From a bacterium (GTDB lineage Bacteria; Bacillota_I; Bacilli_A; Erysipelotrichales; Erysipelotrichaceae): a stretch of DNA of 64,000 nt. Of this stretch, positions 20,617-31,147 are shown one piece after another. Both the position numbers and the translations under genes were made by a program. Under the pieces are notes generated by a model that did no database searches, had not been told where the DNA came from, and was given only the letters and a program-made list of their open reading frames with translations. The DNA lies in assembly GCA_963631155.1 (NCBI GenBank), contig CAVGPK010000004.1, positions 1,836-65,835 of the forward strand, read 5' to 3'. Every line of letters begins with the position of its first letter. Positions within the stretch are counted from its first letter, which is position 1.

Positions 20617-21393
20617 TTATGCTCCAATAAATCCGTATTTTTTAAATACTTTTAAAGCTTTTTCACTTTTTAAGAATTTAATCAATTTATCACTAGCCTT
20701 TGCATGTTTTGTCGTAGAAACACGTCCTACAGGATAAAGAACTGGGCTTGCCAATAAGCTATTGTCACATTCAGCAATGACTTCTACTTTATCTGAGCTT
20801 GCTGCATCTGTGGCATATACTAAACCTACACTCGCATTTCCTGTTTCAACTTGGCTTAATACTTCTGTTACATTTCCAGCTAAAGTTACTTTATCTTGAA
20901 TAGAATCCCATACACCTAGATTTGTCAACGCTTCTTTTGCGTATTGTCCAGCTGGAACAACTTCTGGATCCCCTACGGCAATCATATCTGCATTTGCGAT
21001 GTCTTCAAATGAAGTCACATTTGTATCTACATCTTTACCTTTGATTAAAACTAATTTGTTTTCTAAAACATTCGATACAGAATCAGCATCAATTAAATCT
21101 TCATTCTGAAGTGCATTCATTTGAGTTGTGGCAGCACTAAAGAATACATCTGCATCTAAGCCTTGTTCGATTTGAAGTTGTAGCTTTCCACTACTGTCAT
21201 ATACACCTTCAATTGTGTAGCCTTCATTCGCTTTTTCAAACATTGGAATTAATTCATCTTCGAATGCGTTTTCTAAACTTGCGGCGGCTGCAATGGTTAA
21301 TTTTACCTTTTTTGTTGATTTTGTCGCATCTGTTCCACTTGAACATCCGACTAACATGGCTGATGCACATAAAACACTTAATATTTTTTTCAT
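20617..21393 (-). CDS. modA: Molybdate ABC transporter binding lipoprotein
   Basis: Lipobox LVGC, AAASL, SSGKL..QIEQG..AD.FFSA, VPAGQYA, VYATDA. Confidence 0.93.
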   Translation of the reverse strand: MKKILSVLCASAMLVGCSSGTDATKSTKKVKLTIAAAASLENAFEDELIPMFEKANEGYTIEGVYDSSGKLQLQIEQGLDADVFFSAATTQMNALQNEDLIDADSVSNVLENKLVLIKGKDVDTNVTSFEDIANADMIAVGDPEVVPAGQYAKEALTNLGVWDSIQDKVTLAGNVTEVLSQVETGNASVGLVYATDAASSDKVEVIAECDNSLLASPVLYPVGRVSTTKHAKASDKLIKFLKSEKALKVFKKYGFIGA

Positions 21394-22034
21394 TCTTTCT
21401 CCTCCATTATTCCTTGTTTTATTTTATATTTACGTTTGCACAAATATCGCACTTCTTCTTTATTGTGTGAAACGAAAATAACAGGTTTATCTGTGCTTAA
21501 TACGTCTTTTAATTCCTTCATTAAGCCTTCTTTTAAATCCTCATCTAATGCACTAAAAGGTTCATCAAACAAGAGTACATCCGGATCATAGGCTACAAGT
21601 CTTGCCAAAGCGACCCTTTGTTTCTGACCTCCAGACAATTGATTTGGATATCTATCTTTTAATTCAGTAATATGAAATTGTTTTAACATCGTATCTATTT
21701 TTTCTTCTAGATTCGTTATTTTATGGGCTTTTAAACCACACACAATATTGTCATGAACGCTCATATTCGGAAATAGGGCATAATTTTGAAAAAGATAGCC
21801 CACATTTCTTTGTTGAATGGGAATATTCACTTTTTTTTCTGAATCAAATAAAACTTTATCATTCAAAATGATTTTTCCTTGGTCTGGCGTTTCAATGCCC
21901 GCAATACATTTAAGTGTCATACTTTTTCCAGATCCACTTGCACCCATAAGTCCAACCACTTCATTTGTAACTTCAAATTCAACGTCTAAATCAAATTCAG
22001 CTAAGTGTTTCAATATTTTTACATATAAACTCAT
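21390..22034 (-). CDS. modC: Molybdate ABC transporter ATPase
   Basis: GASGSGKS, GYLFQNYALFP, LSGGQ, DEPFSALD; operon context. Confidence 0.88.
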   Translation of the reverse strand: MSLYVKILKHLAEFDLDVEFEVTNEVVGLMGASGSGKSMTLKCIAGIETPDQGKIILNDKVLFDSEKKVNIPIQQRNVGYLFQNYALFPNMSVHDNIVCGLKAHKITNLEEKIDTMLKQFHITELKDRYPNQLSGGQKQRVALARLVAYDPDVLLFDEPFSALDEDLKEGLMKELKDVLSTDKPVIFVSHNKEEVRYLCKRKYKIKQGIMEEKE

Positions 22035-22036
22035 AG

Positions 22037-22711
22037 TTAGTAGCCCCTTTTTTTCTTGACATAAATTTGATAAAGATTTAATAGAATGACTGCCGTAAAA
22101 CATATCGCAACAATAATGGCTACATAAAATCCAGCCGCATCCATATCTCCACTCATAACTTCACTATAAACGGCGACAGGTAAAGTTCTTGTCTTTCCGA
22201 TAATATTTCCCGCAAGCATGGCGGTTGCACCAAATTCTCCTAATCCTCTAGCGAAAGCTAGAACGCCTCCACTAATAATGCCTGGTAATGCGTTGGGAAT
22301 TAAAATCTTATGAAAAATAGTCCACTCACTCATGCCTAATGTTCTTGCGGCATGAACTAGATCCGCATCCACTTGTTCAAAGGCTCCTCGTGCATTTCGA
22401 TACATGAGGGGAAAAGAGATAACAACGGCTGCAATAACTGTGGCGCTAAAAGTGAATGCGATGCGTACATGAAAAATATTCATAAAGAGTTTACCTATGG
22501 GTTGATTTACGCCAAACACAAGAAGTAAGAAGAATCCAGCTACAGTTGGTGGTAAGACCATTGGTAGAGTAAAAATGCCATCAAAGATCATTTTTGTGAC
22601 TTCACTTTTTCTAGAAATCATCCACCATGCAGCAAGTAATCCAAGTATACTGGTGAGCACAATTGTGATGGATGCGGTTTTTAATGAAATCCATATTGGT
22701 GTTAAGTCCAT
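22037..22711 (-). CDS. modB: Molybdate ABC transporter permease
   Basis: LPMVLPPTVAG, FARGLGEFGAT. Confidence 0.93.
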   Translation of the reverse strand: MDLTPIWISLKTASITIVLTSILGLLAAWWMISRKSEVTKMIFDGIFTLPMVLPPTVAGFFLLLVFGVNQPIGKLFMNIFHVRIAFTFSATVIAAVVISFPLMYRNARGAFEQVDADLVHAARTLGMSEWTIFHKILIPNALPGIISGGVLAFARGLGEFGATAMLAGNIIGKTRTLPVAVYSEVMSGDMDAAGFYVAIIVAICFTAVILLNLYQIYVKKKRGY

Positions 22712-22712
22712 G

Positions 22713-23648
22713 CTATTTCCTTGCACAATTATGTGCTCTTCCCTTCATGATTTCCAAGCCGTGTTTTAAAGGGGATAATAGAATATCCAAACTTTCTTGG
22801 ACTGCTTTTGGACTGCCTGGCAAGTTGATAATGAGTGTTTCATTTCTTATAACACTTACGCCTCTTGAAAGCATGGCTTTATTTGTGTATTTCATAGATT
22901 CATAACGTAAGGCTTCACTGATTCCAGGCACATTTTTTGTCATGATCTTTAAAGTTGCTTCTGGCGTTACATCTCTTGAACTTAATCCTGTTCCTCCTGT
23001 TGTCAGTATTAAATCGTTTTGGCAACGATCAGCTAAATTGATTAAAAGATCGGATATTTCTTTTTCTTCATCTGGAAGTAAGGAAAGGCTAGTTACGTTG
23101 TATCCATTTTCTTCCATGATTTTTTGAATAAGCGGTCCACTTTCATCGACTCTTTTTCCTATACTGCCTAGATCGCTTAAGGTAACAATGGCTACTCTAA
23201 AGCGTGTGTCGTTATTTTCAATGACTTCAACACTATCTTTTACTTTTATAGTTCCTCCAGCTAAGACTTTAGTGAAAACACCATATTGGGGCATGATGCA
23301 TTTGCCGACTTGATGATAGATTGCACAATGAGAGTGGCATGCTTTTCCTAACTGTGTAAGTTCTAATACTACATCTCCAATTTTAAACCTAGTACCAACG
23401 GGATAATCACGGAAATCAATGCCAGATACGAGTAAATTTTCACCAAAGGCTCCATCTTGTACATTGGCGCCTTCTTGTTTGAATTGTTCCCTTATCTCAT
23501 AGGATAATAGTGAAACTTGTCGATGCCACTTTCCTGCATGCGCATCCTTTTCAAGTCCATAATCTTCTATAACACGAATCGAAGAAACAGGATGTTTTTC
23601 GGTCCCTTTTTTTTCACTGATACAAATGGCCTCTATAATTCCTGCCAT
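22713..23648 (-). CDS. MOSC-domain / MogA (molybdopterin adenylyltransferase) fusion
   Basis: [24 protein letters not shown]...G.C.MP (MOSC); TTGGTG...[19 protein letters not shown] (MogA). Confidence 0.88.
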   Translation of the reverse strand: MAGIIEAICISEKKGTEKHPVSSIRVIEDYGLEKDAHAGKWHRQVSLLSYEIREQFKQEGANVQDGAFGENLLVSGIDFRDYPVGTRFKIGDVVLELTQLGKACHSHCAIYHQVGKCIMPQYGVFTKVLAGGTIKVKDSVEVIENNDTRFRVAIVTLSDLGSIGKRVDESGPLIQKIMEENGYNVTSLSLLPDEEKEISDLLINLADRCQNDLILTTGGTGLSSRDVTPEATLKIMTKNVPGISEALRYESMKYTNKAMLSRGVSVIRNETLIINLPGSPKAVQESLDILLSPLKHGLEIMKGRAHNCARK

Positions 23649-24106
23649 GTAAAATCACCACTCTTTCCACCACTTTTTCTAACTAAATGTATGTCTGAAA
23701 TAATCATCGATTTACTGATAGCTTTACACATATCATAAATCGTTAATAAGGCAATGTTGACGCCTGTTAATGCTTCCATTTCAACACCTGTTTTCCCATC
23801 ACATTTCACGGTGCAACAGGCATAGATTTTGGTGTCTTTGATTTCAAAGTCCACACTGACTTTGGTTACATTCAATCCATGACATAAAGGAATGAGTTCA
23901 CTTGTTTTTTTTGTAGCCATAATTGCGGCAATGCGTGCCACTTGTAGAACATCTCCTTTGGCATTGGTTTGGTTTTGTATGGATTGAATGATTTCTTCAT
24001 TCACTTGAATGTATCCTTGTGCAGTTGCAGTTCTTGAAGTCACTTGTTTTTCAGATACATCGACCATAATGGCATTTCCGTTTTTGTCAAAGTGTGTAAA
24101 TTCCAT
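23633..24106 (-). CDS. moaC: Cyclic pyranopterin monophosphate synthase
   Basis: [39 protein letters not shown]. Confidence 0.95.
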   Translation of the reverse strand: MEFTHFDKNGNAIMVDVSEKQVTSRTATAQGYIQVNEEIIQSIQNQTNAKGDVLQVARIAAIMATKKTSELIPLCHGLNVTKVSVDFEIKDTKIYACCTVKCDGKTGVEMEALTGVNIALLTIYDMCKAISKSMIISDIHLVRKSGGKSGDFTWQEL

Positions 24107-24107
24107 C

Positions 24108-25052
24108 TTATCCTCCTATTTGATTCATTATTGTTAAGGAATCTTCCTTTTCAAAATGGTGTTCCTTTGGTTTTTGTAAAAGGGCTTGTTTCATCCTTTC
24201 AAGCAATTCTTTTTCATTATTTAAATAGGGCTTTAAATCTATTCCATCTGGGTGAAAAAGGCATAATTTTAAATAGCCAATACTGCTTAAGCGTACTCGG
24301 TTGCAGTTGGAACAAAATTTAGAGTGTAGAGCTTCAATAAATCCTACATACCCCTTATATTCTGTTATCTTATAATAGTGTGCAGGTCCATTTCCTAGTC
24401 TTTGACTATATGGAATAGCGTCATATTTTGTGATTAATGTATTCTCAAGACTTTGAATCGTATCACTTCTTTGGCTAAGTCTTAATGGCATCAGTTCGAT
24501 AAAGCGTACCGCAATATCTTTATCTTGCGTATAGTTTAAGAAAGATGTCATTCGATTCATTGGAAAAGAAGCATCAACAACACAATTAATTTTTACTTGA
24601 ATCCCGATTTGATAAGCGTATTCCAGGTTTTTTAGTGCTTGATCTAAACTATCCTTCTTACATATATTCTTATATTCATTCTTATTAAGACTATCAATTG
24701 AAAAATTAATCCCATCAATGCCTATTTTTTTTAATTCATCTAAATCTGTTTTACAAAATAAAGATCCATTTGTAGTTAATGTAACTTGTTTGACTCCAGA
24801 TAGATTTTTCAAACGCTGAATGAATTGAATATAGTCTTTTCGTATCGTTGGTTCTCCTCCTGTGATTTTAAAGTTCACAATGCCTAATTGTATAGCGCAG
24901 CGACAGATTTTTAAAAGGTCTTCATAGCTTAATATATCTGAGTGATTTAAATGTTCACTAATTTCAGGGCGACAATAACTACATGCATAGTTACATCGAT
25001 CTGTTAATGAAATGCGCATATAAGATATGTCTCGTTGATAAGAATCCTTCAT
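24108..25052 (-). CDS. moaA: GTP 3',8-cyclase
   Basis: [27 protein letters not shown]-terminal IGG. Confidence 0.95.
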   Translation of the reverse strand: MKDSYQRDISYMRISLTDRCNYACSYCRPEISEHLNHSDILSYEDLLKICRCAIQLGIVNFKITGGEPTIRKDYIQFIQRLKNLSGVKQVTLTTNGSLFCKTDLDELKKIGIDGINFSIDSLNKNEYKNICKKDSLDQALKNLEYAYQIGIQVKINCVVDASFPMNRMTSFLNYTQDKDIAVRFIELMPLRLSQRSDTIQSLENTLITKYDAIPYSQRLGNGPAHYYKITEYKGYVGFIEALHSKFCSNCNRVRLSSIGYLKLCLFHPDGIDLKPYLNNEKELLERMKQALLQKPKEHHFEKEDSLTIMNQIGG

Positions 25053-25063
25053 AAGTCCCTTTC

Positions 25064-25087
25064 CGTTATTCTCAAACGAGAATAACC
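25064..25087. promoter_or_regulatory. Palindromic operator upstream of moaA, ModE-box-like
   Basis: GTTATTCTC-AAAC-GAGAATAAC perfect 9-bp inverted repeat abutting the moaA RBS. Confidence 0.55.
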
Positions 25088-25116
25088 ATCACAAATAAAA
25101 TATCATGTTTCAAAGT

Positions 25117-25152
25117 AAAAAAAAAGGAAAACCAGAAAGCACTGGTTTTTCC
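25117..25152 (-). terminator. Intrinsic terminator between the radical SAM gene and moaA
   Basis: GGAAAAACCAG/CTGGTTTTCC hairpin followed by a long T-run on the minus strand. Confidence 0.75.
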
Positions 25153-25372
25153 CTTGGCAAAATCTTGAAGTTTATTCACAAATTTATTTTATCAAAACAC
25201 AAAATAACATTTTTTCTTTTTTATACCGACGTTGTTTTAATTACATTGCGTAGAGGTATGTAACAAGAAGTGCTTGTTTTATCGTTCTTTTAGTTGATTA
25301 TTTTACGAGTCCTTACAAGAATCAGATACAATATCACTAGATATTCCATCTTGTAATACCTGAACACTTTCC

Positions 25373-26845
25373 CTAATCAATAGATTTTGTTCCATCCGCA
25401 TGCTCAAATGCAGCCAATTCCGGATGTTCCCTTTTTTCCTTCGTAAAGTTTTCATAGGAGAGCTTTTTATGGGTTTGACTTGCCCAAATCTCATCGGCAA
25501 CAGGCGCCCATTTTTTGGCATAATCAGTTGTTTTTGCACAAAGATGTTCCACTTCTTCTGGCGATTCTTCATTGGTTTGATGAGCTTTCGTTTTATGTAC
25601 CATTTCCTTTAATAATTCTGGATTTTCAAGCATTGGACAGGGTCTTAAATGATTTCGATTAAATGGTTGTCCTTTATGATAAGCCATAAATAATGGAGAC
25701 TGAAGCATTTCTAGAATAGAATGTGTTTTAATATTACAATCTGAGAAATGAATGAATACACATGGTTCTGCATCACCATTTGAATTGATGTGGAAATAGT
25801 TTCTTCCTCCCGCAATGCATCCACCTACAAATTCACCATCATTTTGGAAATCCATTGGGAAGAATTCAATATCACTTTCTTCCGTACGAATACTTCGGAT
25901 TCTTTTAATCATATATTTTCTTTGTTCAACAGTTGGCATCAATTCAGGAACTGCATTATTTCCAATTGGCATTAAGTGGAAATAGAATCCATAATGTGCA
26001 CCTTTTTCACATAACATTTTAAAGAAGTCATCACTTGTGACAGCTTCTACATTGTCTTTTGTATAACAAATCGATGTGCCAAAGACAATACCATACGCCT
26101 TCAACAAATCCATTGCCTTCATAACGGCTTGGTAATGACCTTCACCACGTCGCATATCATTTGTATTTGGTGTTCCTTCAATGGACAACATAAAAGATAA
26201 ATTTCCTAATTTTTGGATTTTTTGACAAAGCTCTTCATCAATCAAAGTTGAATTTGAATAAGCCACAAAGAAACAGTCATTGTGCTTTTCACAAAGCTGC
26301 AACACTTCCTTCTTTTTGACCATTGGCTCTCCACCGGTCAACATATAAAGGTGTGCCCCCAATTCTTTTCCTTGCGTTACAATTTTGTCCATTTCTTCAA
26401 ATGTTAATGAAGATTTTCTACCATACGTTCCACTCCAGCATCCTACACAATGCATGTTACAGGCCATTGTTGGATCAAAAAGAATTAACCATGGAATGTT
26501 ACATTGATATTTTTCACGATTCTCACGAATCATTTTTGTCCCTCTGAAAAATGATTCATATCCTAAATTCAACAACATCATTTTCGCATAATGAGGATCA
26601 GCATCATCAATAATATGATTAATCATTTTCATCCATCGATGATTTGGATTGGATACATATTCACGAACTTTATCTATCTTTTCTTTTCCTTCTGGGAAAA
26701 ATTTTTCAGCCAAATCTACAATTTGTAGATAGACCTCTGTCCTTTCCTCATAATTATCTGCTTTATTTATTTTTTTTAGTAGATGATCTGCTAAGACGGA
26801 AACAGCAGCCCTTTCTGCCTTATGTTTTGTATCTTCTAACGCCAT
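25373..26845 (-). CDS. Radical SAM protein with SPASM/twitch-like C-terminus
   Basis: CNMHCVGC, TGGEP, GGCIAGG...HIN.NGD.EPCVF, RPCP; start MALED after GAGG. Confidence 0.85.
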   Translation of the reverse strand: MALEDTKHKAERAAVSVLADHLLKKINKADNYEERTEVYLQIVDLAEKFFPEGKEKIDKVREYVSNPNHRWMKMINHIIDDADPHYAKMMLLNLGYESFFRGTKMIRENREKYQCNIPWLILFDPTMACNMHCVGCWSGTYGRKSSLTFEEMDKIVTQGKELGAHLYMLTGGEPMVKKKEVLQLCEKHNDCFFVAYSNSTLIDEELCQKIQKLGNLSFMLSIEGTPNTNDMRRGEGHYQAVMKAMDLLKAYGIVFGTSICYTKDNVEAVTSDDFFKMLCEKGAHYGFYFHLMPIGNNAVPELMPTVEQRKYMIKRIRSIRTEESDIEFFPMDFQNDGEFVGGCIAGGRNYFHINSNGDAEPCVFIHFSDCNIKTHSILEMLQSPLFMAYHKGQPFNRNHLRPCPMLENPELLKEMVHKTKAHQTNEESPEEVEHLCAKTTDYAKKWAPVADEIWASQTHKKLSYENFTKEKREHPELAAFEHADGTKSID

Positions 26846-27051
26846 ATTTCTTACCTCTCTCACTTCAATTCTCATTCTAGTCCCAATTTTTTTTAAAGAA
26901 ATAGACAAAACAAGACAAAAGTCCAATTTATACCTCTTAAATCACACGAAAAATAACCAACATCATTCAATTTCATCTATTTTTAAGGATAATTATCTAT
27001 GTATTCCATTTATTTATGTTATACTTTAGGATGTGATTATAGGAGAGTAGT

Positions 27052-27795
27052 ATGGAAAAAAGACAGATGACTCGGACAACAACAAATGTTGCACCGACAA
27101 CAGTTAAAGAAGAAGATGAAATGACAATCGATTTGGTTGAATTATTTCGAAATGTATTTAAAAATATAAAACTCATCATTTTCTTAATCGTATTATTTGG
27201 TGCTGTAGGATTTGGATATACAAAATTTATGATTGCTCCTACATATACAGCAAGCACTTCCATTTATTTGACTCCACAAGTCAATGAATCGGGTTCTTTG
27301 GACTACAATTCACAGATGTCCAATTCAAAATTAGTAAGTAATGTTGTTAACTTATTAACACAAAACAATATCATGTCAGAAGTGGCAAAAAATGTTGGCT
27401 TAGAGAGTGCAGATCAAGTTCGTAATGCGATTACAGTAGAAAACGAATCAAACACAGAAGTCATTACTATTACCGTAAAGACGACGAATCCAAAATTGTC
27501 AAAACAAATCGCAAACAACACAGTAACAACTTTCATCAATCGTATGCAGAAGAATTTAAATGTTCGTAACATTGAAATTGTAGATAAGGCTAAATTATCT
27601 TATATTCCAAGCGGACCTAATGTTGGTAAAAACGCAGCGTTATCTGCCGTTGGTGGATTGGTTGTAGGAATTGCGTATACCATTCTTCAAATGTTGTTTG
27701 ATAATCGTTTACGCAATAAAGAAGACGCAGAAAAATATTTAGGATATCCAGTATTCTGTGTAATTCCGGATTTGGGCAATGTCAAGAACAATTGA
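27052..27795 (+). CDS. Wzz/CpsC-like polysaccharide co-polymerase (BY-kinase activator)
   Basis: TIDL..LF, two TM helices, PTYTAS, P.GPN, C-terminal EKYLG.PV...IP. Confidence 0.85.
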   Translation: MEKRQMTRTTTNVAPTTVKEEDEMTIDLVELFRNVFKNIKLIIFLIVLFGAVGFGYTKFMIAPTYTASTSIYLTPQVNESGSLDYNSQMSNSKLVSNVVNLLTQNNIMSEVAKNVGLESADQVRNAITVENESNTEVITITVKTTNPKLSKQIANNTVTTFINRMQKNLNVRNIEIVDKAKLSYIPSGPNVGKNAALSAVGGLVVGIAYTILQMLFDNRLRNKEDAEKYLGYPVFCVIPDLGNVKNN

Positions 27796-28558
27796 TCTTC
27801 ATTCCCACATCGCATGGGAAATTGATGATGGTATGCCTTCAAAAGAGGATGCACTTGTTGCACTAAGACAGGCAAAAAAAGATGGAATTATTGCGATATG
27901 TAGCACGCCACACATTATACCGGGCCAGCTCGATCAAAATATACTATATGAAATTCGAGCTCGCCAAAAAGACCTTGAAGAGATCAGTCCTCTACCAATT
28001 TATTATGGTGGCGAAGTCATGATGAACAGTGAATTTATTGATTTATTAGATAAAAAGCTCTATCCAACTATCAATGGCTCTAAATATATGCTTGTAGAAT
28101 TCAATGTATTAAAAGACATTCACCAAATTTCTTGGCATCAAGAAGCCTTGTATGAATGTAGTATTCGAGGTTATATTCCAGTTATTGCCCATATTGAACG
28201 TTACTTTCATGAAGGGTTGGATTGGGATATCATTGAACAATGGCAAGAAGAAGGCTATGTCTTACAGATAAATCGCACTTCTTTAATGGGGTTTAGTAGT
28301 AAGCAATCCCAAAAAAACGCTTGGGAACTTTTAGAAAATGGTGTAGGACATCTTGTATGTTCAGATACCCATCGTTGTAAAGGTTCTCGTATTGAGTGTT
28401 TAAGTGATGCCTATGAAGAAGTATGTGATCGTATCGGCGAAGAAAACGCAAATCTTTTATTTTTTGAAAATCCAAAATCCATATTAAAAGGTATTGAAGT
28501 AGAAGATTTAGAAATAATAAAAAAGAAAAAGAGACGTTTTCGTCTCTTTGGGAGATGA
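27779..28558 (+). CDS. CpsB/CapC-like PHP tyrosine phosphatase
   Basis: IDLHSHI...IDDG, STPH, IAHIERY, SDTH. Confidence 0.9.
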   Translation: MSRTIDLHSHIAWEIDDGMPSKEDALVALRQAKKDGIIAICSTPHIIPGQLDQNILYEIRARQKDLEEISPLPIYYGGEVMMNSEFIDLLDKKLYPTINGSKYMLVEFNVLKDIHQISWHQEALYECSIRGYIPVIAHIERYFHEGLDWDIIEQWQEEGYVLQINRTSLMGFSSKQSQKNAWELLENGVGHLVCSDTHRCKGSRIECLSDAYEEVCDRIGEENANLLFFENPKSILKGIEVEDLEIIKKKKRRFRLFGR

Positions 28559-28560
28559 TT

Positions 28561-29256
28561 ATGGCATAGAAAAAGAGAAATCAATTTGATGTAGATGAGA
28601 TTTATCGTGGATTAAGAACCAATATTGAATTTTCACAAATGGATGAAAGTATGCAAGTTATCAATATTGTATCCACTCAACCGAATGAAGGAAAAACGAC
28701 TGTCGCATCAAATTTAGCTCGTATTATGGCGGCAAAATATAAGAATGTTTTATTAATTGATTGTGACTTGCGAAACCCAAGTGTACATAAAGCCATTCGT
28801 ACAAGTAATCGAAATGGCCTTTCAAATATGATGTCTGAATTTGTAGAAGGACGTTCATTAATGGACTATGATGGTTTACAAGTTCATCAATTTTCATCCG
28901 GAGAATCTCTACATGTTATTACAACCGGACATAAGGTTCCAAATCCAAGTGAAGTGTTAGGTTCTCGTCGTTTTGGATCTTTTTTAGCACAAGCAAGAAA
29001 AGAATTTGGTTACATTATCCTAGACTCTCCTCCTGTAGCAGTTGCGAGTGATGCTATCCCTATAAGTAATGTGGCGGATGGAACTTTGTATGTAGTCGAT
29101 TCACAACACTCTGATAAACGTAAAGTAAAAGCAGCCATGAATGACCTTCAAAGAAATGGTGGAAACATTCTTGGCGTTGTCCTTAATAAAGTAGAAGAAT
29201 ACTCTTCAAAACACTATGGCTATGGTTATGGATATGGCTATGGGGAGGACAAATAA
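28561..29256 (+). CDS. CpsD/CapB BY-kinase; probable start ATG 28561 is followed by an amber codon at codon 3
   Basis: GGAG RBS then ATG GCA TAG, in frame with EIYRGLRTNI, EGKTT, IDCDLRNP, DSPP and the YGYGYGYGY tail. Confidence 0.8.
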
Positions 29257-29846
29257 TGAAGGCGATTAGAGGTAGTTTGTGCTTAGCTCTTGCCTTAACA
29301 CTAACTGGTTGTGTTGCACAAAATTTGGATATCACAGAAAAAGACATTTTAGAAGTCGCACGTGATGATGCGAATGCGACAAAGAGTGAATGTCAAAATG
29401 TTACAATCGAAAAAGATGGCAGTCATTATAATGTAAGCTTTGATACAACAAACGGATCTTACACTTATAAGATTGGTACAAATGGTATCATTCAAGATCG
29501 TAGTTATACTAAATCTGAAAATGCTGAAGAAGAAACAACGGCATCAACAGAAACAGAAAAAGAGACAAAGAAAAAAGAAACAAAAAAAGAAGAAGAAACG
29601 ACAGAAGAAGAAACAAAAGAAGAAACAAAAGAAGAATCTACATCTTCATTTGATGAGAATCAGCAACAAGCCATCAATGCCGTACTGGGTAATATGGGTA
29701 TGGTAGAAAGTGATGTAACAAATCTTACATGTACTCTTTCTGCAGATGGTACACAATATGAAGTTACTTGTAACACAGGTGACTACAATATTACTTCTAT
29801 TGTTGATGCAGCAAGCTTCACAGTACTTTCTACGGCAATGTCTTAA
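29256..29846 (+). CDS. Lipoprotein with PepSY-like domains and a Glu/Lys/Thr low-complexity linker
   Basis: Lipobox LTGC, Y.V.F...Y.Y.I...G.I motif, EETK repeats. Confidence 0.7.
   Translation: MKAIRGSLCLALALTLTGCVAQNLDITEKDILEVARDDANATKSECQNVTIEKDGSHYNVSFDTTNGSYTYKIGTNGIIQDRSYTKSENAEEETTASTETEKETKKKETKKEEETTEEETKEETKEESTSSFDENQQQAINAVLGNMGMVESDVTNLTCTLSADGTQYEVTCNTGDYNITSIVDAASFTVLSTAMS
29526..29640 (+). repeat. Degenerate coding tandem repeat (GAAGAAACAAAA-like units)
   Basis: Repeated EETK/KETK units in the lipoprotein linker. Confidence 0.6.
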
Positions 29847-29849
29847 TAC

Positions 29850-29880
29850 GAAACGAGCAAACGCTCGTTTCTTTTATTTT
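29850..29880 (+). terminator. Intrinsic terminator
   Basis: GAAACGAGC-AAAC-GCTCGTTTC plus T-run. Confidence 0.85.
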
Positions 29881-29970
29881 ACACACTATTCGAGTATAAA
29901 TACTCTTTATAAGCGTTTTAACACTCTAAGAACGAGTAACTATACACCAAAAAAAGTTTACAATAGAAGC

Positions 29971-30336
29971 ATGAAAGTGAATAGTGAACATATAAAAACA
30001 TTACGTTTAGAAAATAACTTAACCCAAGGTGATTTAGGTGATATCATTGGTAAGTCGCAACAATCTATAAGTAGATTAGAAAAAGAAAACAGGGATATCG
30101 AAGTGGATGAATTGTGCATTTTAGCTGATCATTTTAATGTTTCCACTGATTTTTTGTTGGGACGTACTGAAGTTAGAAATTCACCTGACTCGAAAGATAT
30201 GTACGAACGATTACTTTTTGAAAACTATAGTGTTTTAAAAGATCTAAACAATTTAGATTTAGAAGATAAATCCCATCTATCAACCATAATCGCTAATATC
30301 ATGCTTTTACTAGATCGATATATTAAAAAATCCTAG
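29971..30336 (+). CDS. XRE-family HTH regulator, probably leaderless
   Basis: IKTLR....LTQ..LG......QQSISRLE, LADHFNVSTDFLLGR; TACAAT 6 nt before ATG and no SD. Confidence 0.85.
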   Translation: MKVNSEHIKTLRLENNLTQGDLGDIIGKSQQSISRLEKENRDIEVDELCILADHFNVSTDFLLGRTEVRNSPDSKDMYERLLFENYSVLKDLNNLDLEDKSHLSTIIANIMLLLDRYIKKS

Positions 30337-30358
30337 AAATAATTTCTAGGATTTTTTT
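30325..30358. terminator. Bidirectional terminator
   Basis: AAAAAATCCTAGAAAT/ATTTCTAGGATTTTTT between convergent genes. Confidence 0.85.
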
Positions 30359-31147
30359 CTATTCATTTGTCAAATCTTCACCAAAATATTTTTCTGAAAT
30401 TTTAGCTAAAGTACCATCCTCACGCATTTCCTTTAATGCTTTATTAATTGCCTTACGCAAAGATTTATTGTCTTTACCCTTTTTCATTGGGATCGCATAA
30501 GGCGTTGCTTCTTCGGACTCAGATACAATTTTAAATGAATCTGAACCTGTCGTATTTAAATAATCATTAATCGATGTTGCCGCATTGATTGTCGCATCGA
30601 CACCACCATTCTTAACTAAATCCATACACTTTGTTAGATCATCCACACCTTGTACATCAGCACCATATTGTTCACCTAATTCCATATATGTTGAGCCAAT
30701 AGAATTTGCGGTCGTTTTTCCATTTAAATCCTCAAACGAAGTAATATCTGTATTGTCTTTATTCACAACTAAAACAGTATGATCATAGGCATAAGGATCT
30801 GAAAAATTAAATTTCTTTTCTCTTTCCTCTGTAACATCTACACCATTAACAACGATATCATACGTTCCTGTATCAAGTCCTGTTAATAATCCATCCCAAG
30901 GTCCTTCTACAATTTCTGCTTTTACTCCAATACGTTTCGCAATATTCTTTGCGACCTCTACATCTAAACCAACTAGCTTATCCTTTTTATTATGATAAGA
31001 AAAAGGTTGCCAATCACCTTCAAGGCCGACCACAATTTTTCCTTCCGATTTTATTTGTGCCAAATGATCTTGTGATTCATTACTAGCACATCCAACCAAG
31101 CTAAACCCCAATACTCCAGCTAAAATAAAACTACATAACTTCTTCAT
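30359..31147 (-). CDS. Polar amino-acid (cystine-like) ABC binding lipoprotein
   Basis: Lipobox LVGC, SBP family 3 motifs ([21 protein letters not shown]). Confidence 0.85.
   Translation of the reverse strand: MKKLCSFILAGVLGFSLVGCASNESQDHLAQIKSEGKIVVGLEGDWQPFSYHNKKDKLVGLDVEVAKNIAKRIGVKAEIVEGPWDGLLTGLDTGTYDIVVNGVDVTEEREKKFNFSDPYAYDHTVLVVNKDNTDITSFEDLNGKTTANSIGSTYMELGEQYGADVQGVDDLTKCMDLVKNGGVDATINAATSINDYLNTTGSDSFKIVSESEEATPYAIPMKKGKDNKSLRKAINKALKEMREDGTLAKISEKYFGEDLTNE

Noticed and set aside
25053..25372. Moco riboswitch upstream of moaA
   Set aside because: No recognisable conserved Moco-RNA elements or multi-stem GC-rich fold; only a terminator and a DNA dyad.
29746..29970. N-terminal extension of the XRE ORF in the track
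   Set aside because: It crosses the upstream gene end and a terminator; the HTH starts at ATG 29971.
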